Assembly: GCF_036365525.1 (NCBI RefSeq)
Contig: NC_090390.1
Coordinates: 74,712,918 to 74,776,917, forward strand
Reading direction: 5' to 3'
DNA: 64,000 nucleotides
Source of the DNA: Heterodontus francisci
Lineage: Eukaryota
Each line of letters opens with the position of its first letter. Within the stretch, counting starts at the first letter, position 1. Position numbers and translations under genes: made by a program. This document shows, piece by piece, positions 35,874 through 46,874 of this stretch. The notes under the pieces were generated by a model. The model saw only the letters and a list, made by a program, of their open reading frames with translations. It was not told the DNA's origin and searched no databases.

Positions 35874-37437
35874 TGTAGCAATCCTGGGAAATCCCTACGT
35901 CGGGTTTTCTTGCTGATTAACAAAATCTAACTTAAGTACTATGACTAAAGACCATAGAGATCCATGGCAGTCAACCTTCTGGGAAGAAGATGCCACCAAC
36001 GAATGAATGAACTATGACTGAAGTATGTAAATTGGAGGCTTCATTAGTTGATATGCTCTGGGTAAAGACGTTGAAAGGTGACATGTTGGGAAACTGTGGT
36101 TTGGACTTTCATTGACCAAATGATTTATTGGCCCAAAAGGTGTAAAAGGAACCAAGTGGTCAAAAAGTAAACTTCAGCAAAATTCTATTAGTATGTGAAA
36201 ACAGACAGCTTGCTGTGTGGGAGCTACAGAATAAACACCCTTTGCAGGATCTCAGAAGCCCAGATGTGAGTTAAAGCCGAGACAAAATAACTAGGTGCCA
36301 AGGCCACTGCGTTTGCCCTGCTTTGGCTCAGCACTAGCATTGGCATGTTTACGAGCTGATAGGTGTTGGATCGTGGGAAGCCAGAGATCTTAAGTGTTTG
36401 ACCTGGCTTGGGCGAGCAGATAGTTCAATGACATCTTTTGTAATTGGGCCGATTAAATAATTTTTAAAAATTCGTTCATGGGATGTGGGCGTTGCTGGCT
36501 TGGCCAGCATTTATTGCCCATCCAGAATTGCCCTTGAACTGAGTGGCTTGCTAGGTCATTATAGAGGGCATTTAAGAGTCAACCACATTGCTGTGGGTCT
36601 GGAGTCACATGTCAGCCAGAGCAGGTAAGGACGGCAGATTTCCTTCCCTAAAGGACATTAGTGAACCAGATGGGCTTTTACGACAATCGGCAATGGTTTC
36701 ATGGTCATCATTAGACTAGCTTTTTTAATTCCAGATTTATTAATTGAATTCTAATTTCACCAACTGCTGTGGTGGAAGGCGGTGGCATAGTGGTAATGTC
36801 ACTGGACTTGTAACCCAGAGACCCAGGCTACTGCTCTGGGAACATGGGTTCGAATTCCACCATCGCGGATGATGAAATTTGAATTCAATTGATCTGGGAA
36901 TTAAAAAACTAGTCTAATGGTGACCATGAAACCATTGTTGTAGAAACCCATCTGGTTCACTAATGTCCTTTAGGGAAGGAAATCCACTGTCCTTACCTGG
37001 TCTGGCCTACATGTGACTCCAGGCCCACAGTAATGTGGTTGAAATAATAGTGAGGTAATGATTGGGTTAATTCAGTCTTCATAGACATTGTTGTGAAAAG
37101 GGGTAGAGAGATTTCCAGCCAGAGGAGGTTTGGAACCATCTCGCAGATGGACCCTCACAGAAGAATGGAGCTGACAGAGGAACCACCTGTATATGTGCCA
37201 CATTACCTGGCATGACCAGGGAGTGATTACATGGAGATCATGCTTCTACCCAGAGTATAATGGTAATGTTGCTGCGCTTTGATATGACTGCTTAGATGTT
37301 GGCATGTGCAAAGTCTTACTTAAACTGAATAAAATATAACCGCTGTCACTAATAAGGGTTATCACATCGAATCATTTCAGTATTTGGGAACAGGGGGATA
37401 AAAGGTTAATTGACTCCAAACCCCAAAATTTCTAACA
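35874..37437 (+). mobile_element. Solo LTR (probably Gypsy-type), ~1 kb net
   Basis: TGTAG...TAACA termini, AATAAA at ~37328, 4-bp flanks GGGC/GAGC; cleanly interrupts the TIR element. Confidence 0.6.
36462..37041. mobile_element. Head-to-head inverted dimer of the tRNA-headed SINE (minus 36462-36775, plus 36776-37041)
   Basis: Both arms match 42977-43362; the whole unit is flanked by AAATAAT (36455-36461, 37042-37048). Confidence 0.85.
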
Positions 37438-38745
37438 GAGCAGGCTGTCGAAGCTGGAGGGCCAATCAGAGGCCTCCCAGCTTGAGAGGAGCAGCATGAT
37501 GCAATGAAAGGTAAGTGAGGGAGAGGCCGCTTCAAAACGGAGATGCCCTGTCTCCAACCTTTTAAAATAATTAATAGATTCAGCAGCCAGGCCACCACAG
37601 TGGCTGCTCCTGCACCCAGGCAGGCAAGTAGGCCCTCTAGGTCTTCCTGGAGCACTGGCCCCCTCCAGTCTGCCAGAGTGCCCACCTCCAGTCACCTAAC
37701 CTGGCCACTGCCACCTGCGGGAACCCGGAGGCAGGATGGAGCCGGGGAACTGGCACGCCAGCTGGCGCAGCTATTATTAGCTCCCAACCCAGTGGGGACT
37801 GAATTTCCAGCCCTAGGTGTAGTTAATGGTCTATGACTCGCAAACTGAATAGGTTTGGATTTAGTATTTCAGCTCCAGTTTGAAGCCTTAAGCTATGGGT
37901 TTGAAATCTGGCTATACCAAGGGTTTATCAAAGCAAATTCAATGGATAGATGGAGCCTTGCAATAGAAATAGTTTGGGAAGCTGATGGAAAAAATGAATG
38001 CATGTTAGGCACAGAAACTCAAGGCTGGGAAAGACGATAGATTCATCTTGTCAACCTTCCTGCTATCCTGTTGGTAATATCCAATAATGTGTTTCTCTTC
38101 AAGGTATTTACCCAATTTTGTCCTGTAATCTTTGATTTACTTACATCTTTGATATCGTGCTGTAAGCTGTTCAAATAACCCACCACCCACTCAGTAAAAT
38201 AAAGCATGCTTATATCTGAATCTATGTCTTCTCAGCATAAACTCATATTGCCTCATTCAGCTAACCTCCACATCTGTAAGTCTTATTAGTGTCAAGACAC
38301 AATCCCCCTCAGTTTTCTCCATTCGACTGCTTTGATTCAGTCTTCAATTTTTATTCTGACGTCTCATCTTAATAGCTTTCTTTTTTGTTAGCTGTACAGC
38401 CTTTCTATAGTGTGGCTTTCAAAGTTGCACACAGTACTCTAGGTGGGCCTGCACCAACGTTTTATACAACAGCAGATTTAGTCCCTTTGATCTAATCTCT
38501 ATTCCTCTTTTTATACAACCCAACTTTGTTGACAGCTGCTGAATATTGGCTTGAGAGATCAGTCTATTGTGGTGCCAATATCCCTTTACTGATCCATCGT
38601 TATCAGAATGTTCCCAATAATCTTGTAATCCCTCTGCAACACTATATATTTAACTACATTAAACTGCATCTATCAATTATCAACCCATTTTCCACAAAAT
38701 ATATAGCTTAGAAATTCAAACTGGGAACAATCCTTTGGATTCTTA

Positions 38746-39365
38746 AATAAATACTGTGGCTACAAGAGCAGGTCAGAGGCTGGGAATTCTGCAGTAAGTA
38801 ACTCACCTCCTGACTTGCCAATGCCTTTCCACCAACTACAAGGCACAAGTCAGGAGTGTGATGGAATACTCTCCACCTGCCTGGATGGGTGCAGCTCCAA
38901 CAACACTCAAGAAGCTCGACACCATCCAGGATAAAGCAGCCCGCTTGACTGGCACCCCATTCACCACCTTCAACACTCACTCCCTTCGCCCCAACACACA
39001 GTGGCAGCAATGCGTACAAGATGCATTGCAGCAACTCACCAAGGCTCCTTCAACAACATCTTCCAAACCCGTGACCTCTACCACCTAGAAGGACAAGGGC
39101 AGCAGATGCATGGGAACATCACCACCTGCAAGTTCCCCTCCAAGTCATACACCATCCTGATTTGGAACTATATTGCTGTTCCTTCATTGTCGCTGGGTCA
39201 AAATAATGGAACTCCCTTCCTAACAGTACTGTTGGTGTACCTACACCCTAAGGACTGCAGCAGTTCAAGAAGGCGGCTCACCACCACCTTCTCAAGGGTA
39301 ATTAGGGAGGGGCAATAAATGCTGGCCTAGCCAATGACGCCCACATCCCATGAATGAATTTTAAA
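38746..39365 (+). mobile_element. 3' fragment of the CR1/L2-group LINE family
   Basis: ORF 38858-39088 MEYSPPAWMGAAPTTLKKLDTIQDKAARL; ends cacatcccatgaatgaattttaaaaa. Confidence 0.9.
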
Positions 39366-40199
39366 AAATTTTTAGGACACACGTAGACTTGGTTTTTGTG
39401 AGTGCAGCTGGCACCGGCTGCATTCAGGGGAATCCAGTTTTGGAAAGGAGTCCTCAAATAGGATTTAGACCCACTATTTTCATATGTAAAGGAGATAATA
39501 CCTGTTTCAGGTGCTGGGCCCTGATGCACTTCCAGCTGATTGCCAAGCCTCTACAAATGCTGCTCTGAAAGTGGCCACTGGTGCACTGTGAAAATGTCCT
39601 GGGACCTTTAGAACGGGCAGCAGAGAAAGAGGAGCAATGGAACTTCAGACAGACAATACTGTGGCACTGTGGAGAGCAGTAAGAAGTGGGTATGATGTTA
39701 AAAAATGATTATTGTCAGTGGCTCCATTGATAATATAAGTTTTAATGTTGAAACCATAAGCTTTTGGATATTGCTTTTTGGATTTTGTTCATTAAATGGA
39801 CAAGTGTCCATTACAACCAAATCCCCCTCCCTGCAGCCATCTGGATCACGTTTCTCCAGACAGCAAGGACCACTGACACAAGTGGCGACCAGAGTTCCTC
39901 AGGCCACCAATCACATCTGCTGCGTAACTGTGATGGGATCATGCTTAATGATTTAGCAGCAATGTTTCCTTGTTTAACTGGCAACAGTAATCTTGGTCCC
40001 TCTACTGAATAACTCACGATGCAATGTCATGTACAGCTGAAGAAACATTACGCAGAATTGGCAGTTCCAACTCAACCAGTCCATGTTGATATTTACCCTC
40101 CATATGAGTAGCAATCCTAATCTCATGTGTTAGCCCAGTTCCCATATCCCTTTAATTTCCCTTTTCTTCAACCATCTAACTAACCTATTTGGAGACCTG

Positions 40200-40823
40200 A
40201 CCAAAATAAGGTTGGGGTCCCTGTCAATCCCTCTTACTCTCTGCCTTGAAACTAAAGTTGGTATTGGTTTGCAGTTGCTCTGCTTCTGCCTTGAACAAAT
40301 GAATGGCCAATAGGAGGTCCTCCAGCACTGCCTTTTCAGTCAGGTAAGTTAGAGAGAGGGCCACCTCAAGATGGAGGTGCCCTCTCTCCAACTTTTGTAA
40401 AATGTTAAATAAAAATGCCTTCAGCAGCTGGGCCATCATTGTGGAGGAGAAGCCCCTCCAGAGCACTGCCTGTGGCAGCAGCTGAATTCAGGCAAGCTGG
40501 CAGAGCCTCAAAGCCTGCCTGAAGTACTGGCCTCTCCCCACTAGTCTGCTGCCGGAAGGCCACATCCAGGCAGCTGCACCGTTCTCCAAAGACTCCGGCG
40601 GACTGGAGGCCGACTGGAAAATTCAAGTCGGCCTCTGACAATAGGCCTTTAAAAGCCCTTAGCTGGCGACGGGCGGGTGGACCTGCCATCCCCCCTATCC
40701 CACTTTTGGAAATATGGCCCAAGGGTGAGTTGATGCCAGCAAACCTGCACGCCAGCCGTCGGTGCAAATTTCTGTGCCCACCTGATTCCATGTTTGTCCC
40801 CATCGAGGCTTAAAAATCAACCC
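40200..40823. mobile_element. GC-rich TIR element fragment
   Basis: Internal motifs as in 37438-37813; TIR-like end TAAAAATCAACCC. Confidence 0.5.
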
Positions 40824-42976
40824 ATAATGATAGATTAAAGGTTCTGATTTTGCGGTCAGCGGTGATGCAAGGGCGCCCACCACTGACATCGAAGGTAACT
40901 GCCCATATAGATCTAATGATCTCTGGCAGAATTTCCTCTTTCCTGATGACAGCTAAAATCTGGCCCCCAAGTCAGGGGGATCTCCAGACATGCAGCAGCA
41001 GTGATGTCAGCAGCTGGTAGGCAACCAATCAAATTGAATTATTTACACATAGCAAACCAGAAAGTTAAATGCACTTAATATCCTTCAATTTTAATGGAAA
41101 TGTTCAGATTGTGAAATATATGTTTGACTGTATTAAGGTAGAAGCTAAAATAAAGATAAACAGACTTCTAAAAAAATGTTTTTTTAAAAATGTGATTTAA
41201 AAAAAAAATCTGTGTAAAGATATTTGACATTCTAGAAATTTAAATGAGCTTTTCCAGGTCAGTGAGGGTATATGACTGTAATTTTGAAGTTAGTATGGTG
41301 TTAAATGCCCAGTTACACCCTATTCAACAAGGTTTAACTTTTGCCAGAATTTTACAGCCAGACTAAAACTATTGAAGTCAACAATCTTGTCAACTCATGA
41401 TTGCAATGTAAATTGCAGTCTGTGGGAACCTCTACGGTGCACCCCTGGAGGAGCGTAGACGCACTAGTAACCCAGGGACCCTGGGTATTTCTCTGGGGAT
41501 CTGGGTTCAAATCCCACCACAGCAGAAGGTGGAATTTGAATTCAATTAAGAAAAAGATCTGGAATTTAAAAAAAAGCTAGTCTAATGGTGACCATGAAAT
41601 CATTGTCGATTGTTGTAAAAACTCATCTGGTTCACTAATGCCCTTTAGAGAAGGAAATCTGTAATCCTTACTTGGTCTGGCCTACATGTGACTCCAGACC
41701 CACAGCAATGTGGTTGACTCTAAAATGTCTTTGGAAATGACCTAGCAGCCCACTCAGTTGTATCTAACCGCTACGAAGCCAATAAAACAGAATGAAACCA
41801 GACGGACGACCCGGCATTGACCTAGGCACCGGAAATTACAACGGCAAACCTAGCCCTGTCGACCCTGCAAAGTCCTCCTTACTAACATCTGGGGGCTTGT
41901 GCCAAAGTTGGGAGAACTGTCCCACAGACTAGTCAAGCAACAGCCTGATATAGTCATACTCATGGAATCATACCTTACCAACAATGTCCCAGACACTGCC
42001 ATCACCATCCCCGGGTTTGTCCTGTCCCACCGGCAGGGCAGACCCAGTAGAGGTGGCGGCACAGTGGTATATAATCAGGAGGGAGTTGCCCTGGGAGTCC
42101 TCAACATCAACTGCAGACCCATGAAGACTCATGGCATCAAATGAAACATGGGCAAGGAAACCTTCTGCTGATTACCACCTACCGTCCTCCCTCAGCTGAT
42201 GAATCAGTACTCCTCCATGTTGAACAGCACTTGGAGGAAGCACTGAGGGTGGCAAGGGCACAGAATGTACTCTGGATGTGGGACTTCAATATCTATCACC
42301 AAGAGTGGCTCGGTAGCAACACTACTGACCGGGCTGGCCGAGTCCTAAAGGACATAGCTGCTAGACTGGGTATGTGACAGGTGGTGAAGGAACTAACAAG
42401 AGGGAAAAACATACCTGACCTCATCCTCACCAATCTGCCTCACGCAGATGCATCTGTCCATGACAGTATTGGTAGGAGTGACCACCGCACAGTCTTTGTG
42501 GCGATAAAGTCCTGCCTTCACATTGAGGAGACCCTCCATCGTGTTGTGCGGCACTACCACCTTGCTAACTGGGATAGATTTCAAACAGATCTAGCAATGC
42601 AAAACTGGACATCAATGAGGCGCTGTGGGCCATCAGCAGCAGCAGAATTGTACGCAACCACAATCTGTAACCTCATGGCCCGGCATATCTCAGGAGCAGC
42701 ACCAGGCATACCTCAAAATGAGGTGTCAACCTGGTGAAGTTACAACACAGGACAACTTGCATGCCAAACTGCGTAAGCAGCATGCAATAGACAAAGCTAA
42801 GCGATCCCATAACCAATGGATCAGATCTAAGCTCTGCAGTCCTGCCACATCCAGTCGTGAATGGTGGTGGATAATTAAAGAACTAGTTGGAGGAGGTGGC
42901 TCCACAAATATCCGCATCCTCAATGATGGGGGAAACCCAGCATATCAGTGCGAAAGAGAAGGCAGAAGCATTTGAA

Positions 42977-43362
42977 GGTGGTGGCATGGTGGTAATATCA
43001 TTGGATTAGTAATCCAGAGCCCAGGCTAATGCTCTGGGGACATGGGTTCGAATCCTACCACGGCAGATGGTGAAATCTGAATTCAGTTAATGAATCTGGA
43101 ATTAAAAGCGAGTATAATGATCACCATGAAACCATTGTTGATTGTTGTAAAAACCCATCTGGTTCACTAATGTCCTTTAGGGTAGGAAATCTGCTGTCCT
43201 TACCTGGTCTGGCCTACATGTGACTCCAGACCCACATCAATGTGGTTAACTCTTAACTGCCCTCTGAAATGGCCGCACAAGCCACTCAGTTGTCAAGGGA
43301 TGGGCAACAAATGCTGGCCTAGTCAGCGATGCCCACATCCCACAAACTAATAAAAAATAATA
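42977..43362 (+). mobile_element. tRNA-headed bipartite SINE, full length, nested in its partner LINE
   Basis: A box TGGCATGGTGG (42982-42992), B box GGTTCGAATCC (43045-43055), 3' tail matching the LINE tail. Confidence 0.88.
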
Positions 43363-43903
43363 ATTTTCAGCCAGAAGTGCTGAATTGATGATCCATCTCG
43401 GCCTCTTCCTGAAGTCCCCAGCATCACAGATACTAGACTTCAGCCAATTCGATTCACTCAACGTGATATCAAGAAACGACTGAAGGCACTGGATACTGCA
43501 AAGGCTATGGACCCTGACAATATTCTGGCAATAGTACTGAAGACCTGTGCTCCAGAACTTGCTGCGCCCCTTGCCAAGCTGTTCCAGTACAGCTACAACA
43601 CTGGCATCTCCCCAGCAATGTGGAAAATTGCCCAGGTATGTCCTGTACACAAAAAGCAGGACAAGTCCAACCTGGCCAATTACCACCCCATCACTCTACT
43701 CTCAATCATCAGTAAAGTGATGGAAGGTGTCATCGACAGTGCTATCAAGTGGCAATTGTTTAGCAATAACCTGCTCAGTGACGCTCAGTTTGGGATCCGC
43801 CAGGGTCACTCAGCTCCTGACCTCATTCCAGCCTTGGTTCAAACATGGACAAAAGAGCTGAACTCAAGAGGTGAGGTGAGAGTGATTGCCCTTGACATCA
43901 AGG

Positions 43904-44222
43904 GGGAGGCACAGTGGCGCAGTGGTTAGCACCGCAGCCTCACAGCTCCAGGGACCCGGGTTCAATTCTGGGTACTGCCTGTGTGGAGTTTGCAAGTTCT
44001 CCCGGTGACCGCGTGGGTTTTCGCCGGGTGCTACGGTTTCCTCCCACAGCCAAAGACTTGCAGGTGATAGGTAAATTGGCCATTGTAAATTGCCCCTAGT
44101 GTAGGTAGGTGGTAGGGAATATGGGATTACTGTAGGGTTAGTATAAATGGGTGGTTGTTGGTCGGCACATACTAGGTGGGCCGAAGGGCCTGTTTTGGTG
44201 CTGTATCTCAAAATCAAATCAA
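43904..44222 (+). mobile_element. HE1-type V-SINE nested in the LINE RT region
   Basis: Highly similar to 11063-11422; TSD ATCAAGG (43897-43903, 44223-44229). Confidence 0.9.
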
Positions 44223-45410
44223 ATCAAGGCAGCATTTGACCGAAAATGGCATCAAGGAGCCCTAGCAAAACTGAAGTCAATGGGAATCAGAGTGAAAACT
44301 CTCCATTGGTTGGAGTCATACCTAGTGCAAAGGAAGATGGTTGTGGTTGTTGGAGGTCAATCATCTGAACTCCAGGACATCACTGCAGGAGTTTCTCAGG
44401 GCAGTGTCCTAGGCCCAGCTGCTTCATCAATGACCTTCCTTCAACCATAAGGTCAGAAGTGGGGATGTTCGCTGATGATTGCTCAATGTTCAGCACCATT
44501 CGCGACTCTTCAGATACTGAAGTAGTCCGTGTAGAAATGCAGCAAGACCCAGACAATATCCATGCTTGGGCTGATAAGTGGCAAGTAACATTCACGTCAC
44601 ACAAGTGCCAGGCAATGACCATCTCCAACAAGACAGAATCTAACTATCTCCCATGAAATTCAAAGGCATTATGATCACAGAATCTCCCACTATCAACATC
44701 CTGGGGGTTACCATTGACCAGAAACTGAACTGGAGTAGCCATATAAATACTGTGGCTACAAGAGCAGGTCAGAGGCTAGGAATCCTGAGGCGAGTAACTC
44801 ACCTCCTGACTCCCCAAAGCCTGTCCACCATCTACAAGGCACAAGTCAGGAGTGTGATGGAATACTCTCCACTTGCCTGGATGGGTGCAGCTCCAACAAT
44901 GCTCAAGAAGCTCAACAACACCCAGGACAAAGCAGCCCGCTTGATTGGCACCTCATACACAAACATTCACTCCCTCCACTACCGATGCACAGTGGCCGCA
45001 TTATGTACCATCTACAAGATGCAATGCACCAAGGCTCCTCAGACAGCACCTTCCATACCTGCAACCTCTACCAACTAGAAGGACAAGGGCAGCAAATACA
45101 TGGGAGCACCACCACCTGCGCAATTCACACACCATCCTGACTTGGAACTATATCGCTGTTCCTTCACTGTCACTGGGTCAAAATCCTGGAACTCCCTTCC
45201 TAACAGCACTGTGGGTGTACCTACCTCAAATGGACTGCAGCGGTTCAAGAAGGCAGCTCACCACCGTCTTCTCAAGGGCAATTAAGGATGGGCAATAAAT
45301 GCTGGCCTTGCCCGCGATGCTCACATAACATGAATGGATAAAAAAAACGCACTGACAGCAACCTCTGGATTTCCACGTTATTCTGCGCATATGCAGGCTC
45401 CTGAAGTCAG

Positions 45411-45632
45411 TAATAAAAACAAGAAATGCTGGAAATACTCATCAGGTCTGGCAGCATCTGTGGAGAGAGAAGCAGAGTTAACGTTTCAGGTCAGTGACCC
45501 TTCATCAGAACTAGACCTGAAACATTAACTCTGCTTCTCTCTCCACAGATGCTGCCATACTTGCTGAGTATTTCTAGCATTTCTTGTTTTTATTTCAGAT
45601 TTCCAGCATCTGCAGTATTTTGCTTTTATTTT
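45411..45632. mobile_element. Fold-back Penelope-like element (antisense arm 45411-45512, sense arm 45513-45632)
   Basis: ~80-bp inverted arms of the 8392-8529 family. Confidence 0.8.
45476..45512 (-). ncRNA. Minimal type I hammerhead ribozyme motif, intact core
   Basis: Reverse complement AGTT-CTGATGA-A-GGGTC-ACT-GACCT-GAAACGT-T-AACT. Confidence 0.7.
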
Positions 45633-45721
45633 ACTCCTCACGTCAGTGCCACTTTCCCGAGTAATGACGGTGAACGCTGGTAGTTTTGCCTTCATTATCA
45701 CGACATAACCCGGATCAAAAT

Positions 45722-46200
45722 ATTTACAGCATGGAAACAAGCCATGCTGATGTTTATGCTCCACAAAAGCATCCACCCACCCTTTTTCATGAACCATCAA
45801 TATCTCCTGTTCTTTTCTCCCTCATGTCTCTCTAGCTTCTCCTTAGATGCATTGATGCTATTTGCCTCAACTACTCCCTGTGGTAGCGAGTTCCACATTC
45901 TAGCCACTCTCTGGGTAAAAACATTTCTGCTGAATTCTCTTTTGGATTTATTAGTGACTATGTATAGCCCGTAGTTCTGGTCTCCTTCGCAAGTGGAAGC
46001 ACTTTGTTTACATCTGCCTGATCAAACCATTTCATAATCTTGAAGACCTCTTCTAAGGTCACTTCTTAGCCTTCTCTTTTCGAGAAAAGACAGCCCCAGT
46101 TTGTTCAATCTTTCCTGATAGGTATAACCTATTGATATCAACCTAGCAAATCTTTACTGCCACTTCTCCAGTCTTTTTATATCCTTTACATAATATAATA
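45722..46200 (-). mobile_element. CR1 LINE 3' fragment
   Basis: The reverse complement matches 20610-20975. Confidence 0.7.
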
Positions 46201-46874
46201 TAATGAAAGCAAGCTCTAGCATAGAATAAAAAGGAAATCCAATCGAGGAAGCTTCTACTCCTGGAACATTCCACTGCCTTCCCACCTCCCCTGTGCAGCC
46301 ATGTTTATCCTCTAAAAAAAAAAGGTGACTAAATCAGCAAACGTCCTCACCTCCATCTCAATTCTGAATCACAAGCGTGGCAAGCTTATAAATCAGAATT
46401 GAAACAGAGACGAGACTTACAAACAGCCTATGATTTACCCAATAAATTCCCTGGCTGGCCATACACTTTTGTAAAAAAAGATAAGCTATCTTGTCCTAAC
46501 TCTGTCAAACACTCACCTACACCAGCCAGACCGGAAACCAGATACTACGCGAGGAGGTGAGGGAGCTTTGTCAGAACCCATTTCTGTTAGTACTACCCTA
46601 TTTATGAGAGAAACAATTATGATACAAGACACTTCTTTAGTTGTCGGATAACACAATTCTTAGAAAGGAAAAGTATGTAGTTATTCTTTGAGGACAACAA
46701 TGTTGAGAGCTGTTCACTTATTACATGGGTCAGAATTTTTGTATAGAGATATTTATTCTGTCTTTTGAGCATCTTTTAAAACGGTTTCGTCTGACAAGAC
46801 AGCCTACTGCTTGTGATGTGAAGTGGAAGAGTGCAGAATATGTTCCTGGTATATTTGTTGATTTTATTTTTGGT

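Larger units (their letters stand above)
35718..37813. mobile_element. GC-rich TIR element (PIF/Harbinger-like), split by a solo LTR
   Basis: Ends GGACTGGATTTT / AATTTCCAGCCC; flanks TAA/TAG; halves 35718-35873 and 37438-37813 read continuously. Confidence 0.65.
41466..45346 (+). mobile_element. Near full-length decayed LINE (CR1/L2 group): tRNA-derived head, APE endonuclease and RT, no ORF1
   Basis: TSD ACGCACT (41459-41465, 45347-45353); B box GGTTCAAATCC at 41504-41514; EN motifs TNIWGL, PDIVILMESYL, YRPP, WDFN (GDFN), SDH; RT motifs GPDNI, YHPITLLS, QFGIRQG, QGSVLGP, FADD (44468-44479); stops and frameshifts. Confidence 0.92.
40839..45722. mobile_element. Probable TIR-type host element split by the LINE and a Penelope-like hairpin
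   Basis: Starts GGTTCTGATTTTG and ends near CCGGATCAAAAT; pieces 40839-41465, 45347-45410 and 45633-45722. Confidence 0.35.

Noticed and set aside
41770-41880. HDV-like ribozyme in the LINE leader
   Set aside because: I could not assemble the nested double-pseudoknot pairings by eye; a descriptor search would be needed
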